From: the human T2T-CHM13v2.0 reference genome, Homo sapiens
Reading direction: 5' to 3' (one strand)
DNA length: 64,000 nucleotides
NCBI RefSeq assembly: GCF_009914755.1
Contig: NC_060935.1
Shown here piece after piece: positions 39,760 through 49,937 of the stretch. A program made the position numbers and the translations under genes. The notes beneath the pieces are model-generated. The model was not told the DNA's origin. It did no database searches and saw only the letters and a program-made list of their open reading frames with translations. Position 1 is the first letter of the stretch. Each line of letters begins with the position of its first letter.

Positions 39760-40595
39760 GCTCTCAATCATCTACAAGGTAGTTCAAACTCCTTAATAAG
39801 ACACAAAGGCCTTCAGGATTTTAACCATATGTACCCTTCTAGTCTTAGGCCACATCACTTTCTCAAAAAAAAGTAATAATTGCTTAATAATTTAATGCTT
39901 TCCATTTACCAGGCACTACATCCAGGCAATTTGTTTAGCAACATTATAAATATTAATTATATTTTAAAGTAGGAAAACAGGCTCAGCATTTTACCCACAA
40001 TCATAAAGGTAGCATAAAATGAAGTCAACTCTGCTCTGACTGACTCCAAAGTACACACTCTCAGTCATCTTCCTCATACCCCTCATTCCAGCCATGATAA
40101 ACGAACATATGCCATGACCTTTGATGTCTCCATACTTTTGCTCATGTTTTTCTGCTTCTGGAATGTCCTTTTTTACCCTTGTCGACCAAGATTGTCAAAA
40201 TTCAAAAAAAAATAGTTACTAAAGTTCCTGGCATTGTTACAGGCACAAGAGACAGACTAGTGTGCAAGATAAAGATGCTGCCATTATGGGGCTTGCTCTT
40301 TCTTTGAGCTCCTACTCTTCTACTAATACCTGACTCAAAGTCACTGCTTTGATGATAATTCCCTTTACATGTCTTCTTAATTTCTTCTTCTATTCTCTCA
40401 TAGCACTTTATATAGACGTTTAGTGCAGTATATCATATTGTACTATAATTGTTTATGTATCTGTCTCATCTTCCTCTCCAGCCTACAAAATTCTTTGACG
40501 TAAAAGGCCCTTTTCTATTTGATTTGTATCCTTAGCCCTTAGCAGAATACATTGTTCATAAGTAAGTGCTCAATAAAAGTTTTGAAAGTGAATAG
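39760..40595. mobile_element. L2 (+) fragments with interspersed MIR/L2 (-) pieces
   Basis: GTTCAAACTCCTTAATAAGACACAAAGGCC; TTCTGGAATGTCCTT; CATAAGTAAGTGCTCAATAAAAGTTTTGAAAGTGAAT. MIR-like GGAAAACAGGCTCAG...TGACTCCAAAG. Confidence 0.55.
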
Positions 40596-41363
40596 AAAAC
40601 TAGACCAAATATTTGTCTGAGATGCCATATAAACTAAACATTAAAAATACTTGAGAGAAAATATGCTACAATTTATAAAATCAGCCACAAAAAAGTGGCA
40701 GTCATAAATATTTAAAGATATATTTAATTATTGCCTTGGTCCTTTTTAATGATCAAGTTTATATTAGATGTTATATAAAATATTCAATAATAACAGTCTA
40801 ACTTAAATATTTAACCAGCTGACATAAGTATACAACTATTACGCAGCCTCATAGTTCAATATTTAAGTTAAATAATAGTATTCACCACAGTTGAAACTTA
40901 AAGTTATTATTTAGAGCTCATCTGCACTGCCAATGAAATTGCAGGTATTAATTCTTCCGAGTCTGATTGCAATAGCAAAGAAAATAACTATTGATTAAAA
41001 ATAAAGGCATATGAATACCAATAATTTTTCAGGGTACAAAAATTTGCATATGTATATTTATTTCTGTGTTAAATCACATGATTTTAAATGTAATCAAATT
41101 TAATTTCTTCTGAAGAGGCTTGTGATTTTAAAAACTGAAAAGTTAGCCTTAGAACATATTTTATATTTTTAATTGGTTCTATATCTTTTGCAAATTCCGA
41201 ATTATCTTTAAATTGTCTTCACATAATGATATAAATATAAAACACCAACTTGCAGGCTAATAGCCAAAGCATAAAACTTGTATGTAAGTTTCCCTTTAAG
41301 AATATGAACTCTGTAATAATACCGTCTATTAGTCACAGAATCATAGAATTTTAGATCTAAAAG

Positions 41364-41549
41364 AGCCAGTGACTGCCAGCAAACCACCAGAAGCTAGGAA
41401 GAGGCAAAAAAAAGATTCCCTACAGGTTTCAAAGGGATCAAGGCCCTGCCAACACCTTGATTTTAGACTTCTAGCCTCCAGAAGTGTGAGACAATACATT
41501 TCTGTTTGAAGCCAACCAGTTGATGGTACTTTGTTACAGCAGCAGCAGC
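41364..41549 (+). mobile_element. MaLR LTR 3' half (MLT1C/D-like)
   Basis: CCAGCAAACCACCAGAAGCTAGGAAGAGGCAA...GGCCCTGCCAACACCTTGATTTTAGACTTCTAGCCTCCAGAAG...TTGTTACAGCAGC...CCTAGGAAATTAATACA. Confidence 0.88.
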
Positions 41550-41689
41550 AGCCCTAGGAAATTAATACACCTACCAAAAAAGTCTTTCAGCAAAACTATT
41601 TCAAATTGGGAAAAAAAAAAAAGTTTCTTCTCCCTTTTTGTTTCTTCTTTTTGTTTTTATTTTCCTTCTCCCTTCTCTTTCTTTCCTGG

Positions 41690-42385
41690 TTGCTTTCCCA
41701 CTGTTTATAAACATAATTATGTTCTCCCTATTCCAAAAAAAGACCCTTCCCTCAGTGGTCTCTCTCCATTAAGGGATTGCCCCAGTCACTTGCTACCTCA
41801 GCTACCAGGCTCCTTTAGAAAGTGTTCTATCCCTCTACCACTATTTCCTCATCAACATCCTCACAGTGCAGGCCCTTGCCATCTAGCCCTGGCCTTAGCA
41901 ACAAGCTCCGATTGACAAATCCTCATTCTTCTAAAATTCTCAACAGAATTTGATACTCATATATCAAATCAATAATGATTGCTGTTAAACCACCATGGCA
42001 CACGTTTACCTATGTAACAAACCATGTTTCTGCACATGTATCCCGGAACTCAAGGTAAAATAAAAATTAAAAAAATAGTGATTGCTGTTGGTCACTTCCT
42101 TCTTACTGAAATTCTCTCCTCTTTTGACTTCCATGACATAAAAACTTATTTTTCTCTATTCTTTCATTGCTCTTCTCCCTTCTCCCTTTATCATTCCCCC
42201 AGGATTTCAATCTTAAGGTGTTCTATCTCTCATTTCCTCTCTCGCTCTTTCCCTCTCTCCTTTCCTCCCTCTTCCCTCGCTCTCTGTCTACAGCCATATA
42301 TCATCTATCACTCCTTTGCAGGTAACTCCCAAATCTCTATCTCTAGCCCAGAACTCTTTTTTGAGTTCCCTACTCATACTTACAC
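41690..42385 (+). mobile_element. L2 ORF2 remnant
   Basis: CTCAACAGAATTTGATACT...GTTGGTCACTTCCTTCTTACTGAAATTCTCTCCTCTTTTGACTTCCATGAC...ACTCCCAAATCTCTATCTCTAGCCCAGA. Confidence 0.7.
41987..42073 (+). mobile_element. Very short (about 87 bp) L1PA 3' tip with TSD
   Basis: AAACCACCATGGCACACGTTTACCTATGTAACAAACC...CTGCACATGTATCCCGGAACT plus an A-rich tail. 16-bp TSD AATA(A/G)TGATTGCTGTT at 41971-41986 / 42074-42089. Confidence 0.9.
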
Positions 42386-42389
42386 ACAA

Positions 42390-42600
42390 TGTAATTTTGT
42401 AGTTAAGAGCACAGAATCATGTACACCTAATTTTAAGTCCTGGCTCTGTCATCCACCAACTCGGCAACTTCAGGCAAAATAGTTAATCTTTCTAAGTCTC
42501 AGTTTCCTCATCTGTAAAATAGGTTTTGTAATAATAATATCTACTTTACTGGGTTGTTGGAAGGATTAAATGAGAAAATAGATTCTGAGCAGTGAATAAT
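42390..42600 (+). mobile_element. MIR SINE
   Basis: GTTAAGAGCACAG...CCTGGCTCTG...TCTCAGTTTCCTCATCTGTAAAATAGG...GGGTTGTTGGAAGGATTAAATGAG. Confidence 0.88.
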
Positions 42601-42829
42601 TGTGCCTCTTGCATAAGAATTTTTCGGTAAATGACACTTCGCTCTCATTTTAACTGTCTGACATCTCCACATATTGCTATATGTAGCCTCTTAAATTCAA
42701 TATGCATGTAGCCACTCCACTGTGTTCTGTCCCCAAACTATCATCTTTTCATGGAATCCTAGCCTTCTCTGTGAACCAAGCATAAAATCTGGCCAAAAAA
42801 TGTAGGCACATTTAAGAATGTAAGGGCCT

Positions 42830-43146
42830 GGCCAACTGTGGTGGCTCAAACCTGTAATCCCAGCACTTTGGGAGGCCAAGGTGGGAGGATTGTTCAAGGC
42901 CAGGAGATTGACACCAGCCTGGTCAACATAGTGAGACTCCATCTTTACAAGAAATTAAAAAAAAAAAAAAAATAGCCAGCATGGCATTGCAAGCTTGTAG
43001 TTTCAGCTAATTTTTAAGTCCTGGGTGGCTGGGAGGTGGACTGACCCCAAGAGCTCAAGGCTGAAGGGAGCCATGATTGTGCCACTGCACTCCGGCCTGG
43101 GGGGCAGAGCAAAACCCTGTCTCTATTTTTTTTTTTTAAAAAAAAG
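42830..43146 (+). mobile_element. AluJ, full length, with a T-run in the tail
   Basis: Dimeric diverged Alu. TSD GTAAGGGCCT at 42820-42829 / 43147-43156. Confidence 0.92.
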
Positions 43147-43504
43147 GTAAGGGCCTTAGAAATTCTCTCTCCTGAACTATTTTAAAATTAATCTTATTCT
43201 ATCCAGTATTACAGTCAGTATATATTTTCCCATATCCCCATACCCAACCCCACTAGATTGTGAGCTCCATGACAGCAGAGATGTTTTATATACCTTGTAG
43301 TACCTAAAAGAGAACCTTATATATTGCAAGTTCTCAAAGAACATCTGTTTATGTGAATTAAGATTAAAGGTCTTATAAGTAACTAGGTTCATAAGCTAAG
43401 TTTAAATACTAAGTAGTTTAGTTTCTCTATCACCTTCTCTTGAGCAAGTCTCCTAAAATCATTCTTGCAATTCAGGACCCATAGCATTCTACCACAAAAA
43501 CAGG

Positions 43505-43775
43505 GGCAACTAACATTCAGTGAAAGCTTACTATGTGCCAGGCACTCTTCTCAGCACTTGATGTGTTAAAATGTTCATTCTTCCACCTGTAAACTACATA
43601 ATATGGGGAAAATTATTTAACTTGTCTGTGCTGAGTTTCCTCATGTATAAAACTGGGAAAATAGATATAATAAATACCTCAAAGAGTTGCTTATAGTTTC
43701 ACATGAGACAATTCATTTAAAGTGATTAGTACAGTGTCTGGTATATGGTATATGCTCAATAAAAGTTGTTATTGT
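43505..43775. mobile_element. Two abutting MIR fragments (- then +)
   Basis: GCTTACTATGTGCCAGGCACT (-) followed by TTATTTAACTTGTCTGTGCTGAGTTTCCTCATGTATAAAA...ATGCTCAATAAA (+). Confidence 0.75.
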
Positions 43776-43974
43776 AAAAATATAAGCATGTGTGAGTGTA
43801 GGGAAGATCTTTTTCTTAACTATAGCCATCAATCAGTAAACAATATTGGATAAGCCTGTATAATGAGTAAATTTGATGTATGAAACAAACCTACTAGTTT
43901 AAAAAGAAGGTTATCAATGAGTTTAATAAGGAAAGACAAATCAAGTATAGGCCTTTTGGAAGTATGTATGTTTT

Positions 43975-44025
43975 TGTGTGTGTGAGTGTGTATATGTGTG
44001 TATACATATATATACACTATATATG
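43975..44025. repeat. (TG)n/(TA)n imperfect microsatellite
   Basis: TGTGTGTGTGAGTGTGTATATGTGTGTATACATATATATACAC. Confidence 0.85.
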
Positions 44026-44234
44026 CAAAATAAACTGCAACTTATTTTTAAATAAAATTTAACATATGTGTCAATTTGCTTTGATTCAAGTAAAGAGTAT
44101 ATAGAAATAAGTGTAACCATTTCCTATACATCAACTTGAAATTATAATAAGAGATTTTTAAAAATTAAAATGACTAAAAACTGAACCTAAGTAATATTTT
44201 AAGAGAAAAAATTTCAAAATTGGGCGATATTTAC

Positions 44235-44314
44235 CTCTTTTCATTTATTTTGCTGGACACACTGATTGCAGCATCCAGAGATGGAGGCATGTAAAAATGT
44301 TTGTAGTTTCTTTC
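44235..44314 (-). other. Candidate 80-nt internal exon
   Basis: Acceptor ttccattctctttctag|G and donor GAG|GTAAAT. One open frame (ERNYKHFYMPPSLDAAISVSSKINEK), which I do not recognise. Confidence 0.45.
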
Positions 44315-44708
44315 CTAGAAAGAGAATGGAACTAGGTATATGCAGAATTGGATATATGAGCAGCTTGTTCTAACCTAGTCAAGAACTTTCTATGAATTCT
44401 TTATTTTGAAGAATGTTAGGAATACAGGAAATCTTCAAGTCTTTCTTAGAACCCATATAAATAGTGTATCAGGCTCTGAAGAGGATCTGGTCTAATAGGA
44501 TCAGGATCTGATCTACCTATCTCTGTCGTTTGGTGATACTCTTTCTACAATATCAGTGAAAAAAAAAAAAGAAGAAAAATAGGGGCCAGAGGGGCAGCAG
44601 ATTTCCCTTCCTTCCCTAGGGCACAAAGGAGAAGTCCATGATCAGGAAATCTTGAGCAACCTTTATAGTCCCTAGGTCTAAAAAGAGATCCCCTTGCTCG
44701 CTCCTTAC

Positions 44709-44771
44709 CTCCTGATACCTCTTCCAGCTCCTACCCTTTAAATGCCACAGAAGTAACCTTATAATAACCTT
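44709..44771 (-). other. Candidate 63-nt cassette exon
   Basis: Acceptor ctctcctgtacttcttgtcag|AAG (NAGNAG) and donor GAG|GTAAGG. Confidence 0.3.
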
Positions 44772-45899
44772 CTGACAAGAAGTACAGGAGAGCATGTAGG
44801 TGAATAGGAAGAAGTATATTGTTATGTTCTTCCAAATTTCTAGCCAAAAGAACTTTTTTCATCAGGCAAGTATAAGAGAAAGATAAGACAGAGAGTTTTC
44901 ATCATTTTCTTCACTCTTCATAATCTAAATTTCGCAGTAGCCTCCAGTAGATTGGCAGAGAAAATGAAATTAAATATCTAAAAGCTGAATGGCCAACAGA
45001 AAAACTATGGGCAATATTAATGCTATTTATCAGAATAATTATGCTACTATTCACATTTCTCCTATTTAAGTTGAAACGTAAAGGGAATGTAATGCAGAGA
45101 TACAGAACCAGATAAACAGAGAGCCTTAATTACAGTCACTCCAAATACAATTCTATTTCTTTTATTTAATTGTATTTCTATCTTCTATTTTAAGTAGAAT
45201 CTCATGCATTCATTTTATACCACAATAAATAGCCAATGTGTAATGGCATTTATCAACTGCTCACTAAAACAAAGAAGTTGTATCAGGGCTGACACAAATG
45301 ATTGACCTAATTAGAGAAATGTATATAATAGCTAGTTTCACAATAAAGATTATGGATAAAGTAAGTTCTTTTGTAATTCCTCTAAAGAATACTATATAGA
45401 CCTTCCAACTGATCTGAATGAATAATAAATTACACAGCTACAGCACCAAAAAATGGCTTTAATCCTTTATCTCTCAAAGTATAGCCACTTCCTTCCTGGC
45501 AGAGTTCAGATCTTGAGATTCCTCTTCCATAAAATTTTATTCACAAACTGTCTTTTCATGGTATCATTCCCTGTGTAAGAAATTGAATTTTTACAACTGA
45601 AATTTACAGCAGGGAAACAGTATACAGTTGTCTTTCCACAGCAAGATTGTCCCAATAATTCCTACACTATGTAATTTCAGTTAAAGCTGCCAACCATAGA
45701 CTATAATTAAGTTTAACATTCAAGACCTCACTACACCTCTCTATAAAGTGTAAACACAGATTGGCATACAACTGGTATTTCTGAAGTGTCTAGATTCTCC
45801 ACTTTCATACATTTAAACTATCTATTGCACACTTTAAGTTCCATATATAGACACCAAGCACTGAAGGAAACAGGAAACATGTTAACATGACTATAGCAT

Positions 45900-46460
45900 T
45901 GATGAATAAAAAAACATAACCTCGAGGCTAAGCTGTCAAATAAGTAGTGAATTAATTTCTGTAAAGTACTCCAATATTACAAAGGTGTGTTGAAAGGTGT
46001 CTGCTCATGTTTCAAATTAAACGCACTGCTGGTCAGCATTAGCACCTCAGCTTTGAACACCAGCCATTTGCCTATAACACTTCAGGGGCTAGGAAAAACG
46101 GATTTGCCGTTCACACTGGAATAATTAGAACATGTCAGGAAGAATTAATTTCCTCATTTTTCAAAAGGATACACAGAAATTACCATGTTATTATATGACA
46201 GGGTCCCTTGGAGAATTATATTAAATTTAATTTCTAGCGCAGCCCACACAACAAATTAAAGTCATAAATAAGATGGAAAGAAGCAGGACGCAGAGCATAT
46301 GTTTATGGCAATGAGTGAAGCCAAGGGACCAGAAACAACTATCTTCATTTCATTTTATTTAAATCAGCCAGACACTGTGTATCTGAATGACAGCACTTGT
46401 TAATGGTGCTGAGATTATAGGCTCCTTAATTTTAGAAAACAGAAGCAGTCAGTCAGTGTC
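45900..46460. promoter_or_regulatory. Candidate developmental enhancer-like block
   Basis: No recognisable repeat. Clustered T-box, MEIS, posterior-HOX, EBF-like and TAAT motifs. Conservation not checked. Confidence 0.4.
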
Positions 46461-48819
46461 TAAAATAGTACATTTCCTACAATGCAAAAATTAGTATAAA
46501 TTTACTTCCCTTTCAAGTCCATTTCTTTTTGCCCTGCAGCAAGTTTAACAAAGATAAACTTATTTTTAATAATACTGTTTCTCTATTTGTCTTCACTTTG
46601 GGCAATTTTCTTGGATTAAAAAGAAAAATGTAAGAAGTAAAACAGAAGAGTTACCAGGATAAGTGAAATCTGCAAACACAGTGTCTGTCCAGAATACAAG
46701 TTTCCTGCTCCATCCTGAAAATACATCTACCCATTCAGGGCTGAGAGACAAATTTCTCCAATGGAAAATTTGTTTTTCATATTAAATGAAAAATGACTTT
46801 TTCATACTGCCTGTCAAATTGGAGTGAAACTACTAAGGGTATGGTTCAGCCACCCTAAAAGCACTGGATTTTTAACTATTCATGAAGCCCAAATGTGTGT
46901 AGAACAGAAGAGATTCTACAGCCCACTAATACTATAGCCACCCCTCATGTCACATCCAGAGACTTCCTGCTGCCCTCTCTTCCTGCTTAAGAATCTCTCC
47001 TCAGGTACCACCTCTTTTCCTTCCACCTCAGTTAGACATGTACACTCAGTAAAGGGTTCTTGCTTATGGCCATACCATCTACTCTGAAATCAGCCCAAGT
47101 GCAGCACAGAAACATTAATAAAACTAATAAATGTATTATAAAATATTAATGCCATTATTGATGCCCTTCCTTCTCAGTGCACATATATGTACACTTTTAT
47201 TTGTTATTTAAGTTATGTGTAAAATAACCAGACTAGAAGCAAGTATATAATTTTTCCCTATATGCTACAAAAAACACTCAAGGTGTCCTGTAGATATTGA
47301 TGCTTTTGTATTGAGAGGTCAGCACCTCTCCAACATTGAAGGCTAGCATCAAGTTACACCTCCCTGCAGCAATCCAAATGCTTCAAATACCAATTATCAA
47401 AGCAATTTATATTATTTACTATTCAGAATTTCTTAAGAATGCATATCTTAAGAATGCATATCTTTTAACATAAAATATCCTCAATGTATGGCAAATATTC
47501 GAAAATTGTAAACAGTGATGTTTAGAAAACTATTTAAAATGACTAAAACAAAAACAATAAAAAAGCTGCCATAAAAGAGGTCATTAACAAACTTACATAA
47601 CTTTTTCCTCCTTCCAGCATAGATTTAATCTCCACATAGTCCCCTACAAATTCTAAATCATAAATGTTAAGATTACTCACAGCTCCAGAAACACGCCGGT
47701 ATTTTATCATCCTTAATAACTGAAGACATTCTTAAGGTGAAAAAGGAGTTTGTACACTTTAAGAAATGACTGTCGTGAAACTGAGCACTCCCTTGGGTGC
47801 AACAAACTTTAAATAATTTGTGAATCAATTAACTGGCAACTCTCTTCATAACACAGATCTCACACTCCCAGGTCACTGCATTATCAGCCTGATACAAATC
47901 ATAACATTTTGGAGAAAAGTTCATAATTGAAATCATTAATTAATTTAACAGGACTTTTAGTTATGCATTGCATTAAACAGCTGTAAAGGAGCAGAGATTA
48001 ATTAGTTGTTTCTCTGACAATTTTCACTGCTGCTATTTACTTGGTGGAAAACTTTTCAACTTGTAAAGCACATCATGCTCTCTATAATCTGGTAGTGACC
48101 TACCCAAGCAATTTCAAGTTGAAGAAATTATAGTTTCTCTAAAATGAAGTCTGGAGACTCTGAGGTGTTTCTCTGAAAGAAGAAAAATTAAATAACAAAT
48201 ATTGTAAAGCCTGACCTTATGCTTATGTGAAAATGAAACCTGCCTCTGGAATAAAGCCTTAAAAGTATATATCACAAGTAACACAGAAATGAAGAAACCA
48301 AAGTTATGCCCAGCTAACATTTCCCTGAAGCTATTAAAATGACATGCATTCACATATTTTGCATATTAATCTTTTTCTCTTAAATATATAAATACAAATT
48401 ATTAAACAAAAATAAATTATATTTATGTGCATATCTACTGCCTTTACTTCTTAGAATTTGGAATCATCTGACTGACCTACAAGTTGCTTTAGCAAATTAT
48501 TGGCTAGCAAAGTATAAGAAAATTCAAAAAGCAACTCAAAAAGGACCATTTTAAGGAAAAATGACTAGCAATTTTTGCAATACATCATTCCAAAGTCCTT
48601 TCATATCACATCACACTCCGTACAACTTCATCATTTTAACAGTTTAACATCTCATCTACTGTAAGAAAGGCACTAAAAAGTATGTGTCAGGAGATTATAA
48701 TAAAACAGGTAATTCCCTAGAAAAATACGTATCTTATCAAAATTAATTAGTTGAAATTAAATATTTTCCAGGTTCATATCAGGAAATAATCAAGTGCACC
48801 ACCAAAATCACAAGAATTT

Positions 48820-49262
48820 TTTTTCAGCCCAATCCTTTCCCCCATTCCCTCTGCCCCACATGCAGCAATCATACTGAACTTTTTAGAATTCCTAAAATAT
48901 ACTAGTCCCTTTTAATGTCTGGTGCATTTACAAATATTATACCCCCATATTAGACTATTTTATCTCCATGTCCTCTCCAGATAATTCCCTATAAAAGGTA
49001 GCTCAAGTGTTAACCTACTCAATGAAGCTTCCCCCCAGTTCTTCCGGACAAATTACACATTTCTACATATATTTTTTCATTCATATCTCAATTCTAAGAC
49101 TAATCTGCTATGATTTCTCCTTTACTTGTCTCTACATTAGAGTTTTAAGTTAACTTAAAACTAACTTTAGTATGCTATTCACATTTACATCTCAAACATG
49201 TCTATATGGAACATTTCAGGCTCTCCATAAATGTCTGTGGATTGAAAGAATGAATGAATGAA
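48820..49262 (+). mobile_element. L2 3' region
   Basis: CATACTGAACT...AGCTCAAGTGTTAACCTACTCAATGAAGCTTCCCC...ATAAATGTCTGTGGATTGAAAGAATGAATGAATGAA. Confidence 0.7.
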
Positions 49263-49391
49263 CATGCACATCTTTATCTCTGCATTTTGATTTAATAATA
49301 TTTATTTAGCACCTGTTGTAAACCAACCACAGTGCTAGGTCCTTGACAAAATCTCCACAAATTGTTTTTAAGTTTAAAAAGAAAGCCTCTA

Positions 49392-49558
49392 TTTTTTTCT
49401 TTTTTAAAAAATTCTTTTAAAAATATTTTATTCTAACTTTTATTTTAGGTTCTGGGGTACATGTGCAGGTTTTCCACATGGGTAAATTGCATATTGCTGG
49501 GGTTTGATGTACAAATGATCTTGCTACCCTGATAGTGAGCATAGTGCCCAATATGTAG
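49392..49558 (-). mobile_element. Old L1PA/L1PB 3' tip
   Basis: CTTTTATTTTAGGTTCTGGGGTACATGTGCAGGTT...GGGTAAATTGCAT...GTGAGCATAGTGCCCAATA. Confidence 0.85.
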
Positions 49559-49586
49559 TGTCTATATTTTTAAAAACATTTGCCCT

Positions 49587-49937
<351 letters not shown>

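Noticed and set aside
41520-42482. 131-aa and 152-aa ORFs
   Set aside because: They run through MLT1, L2, L1 and MIR remnants and pyrimidine-rich low-complexity sequence.
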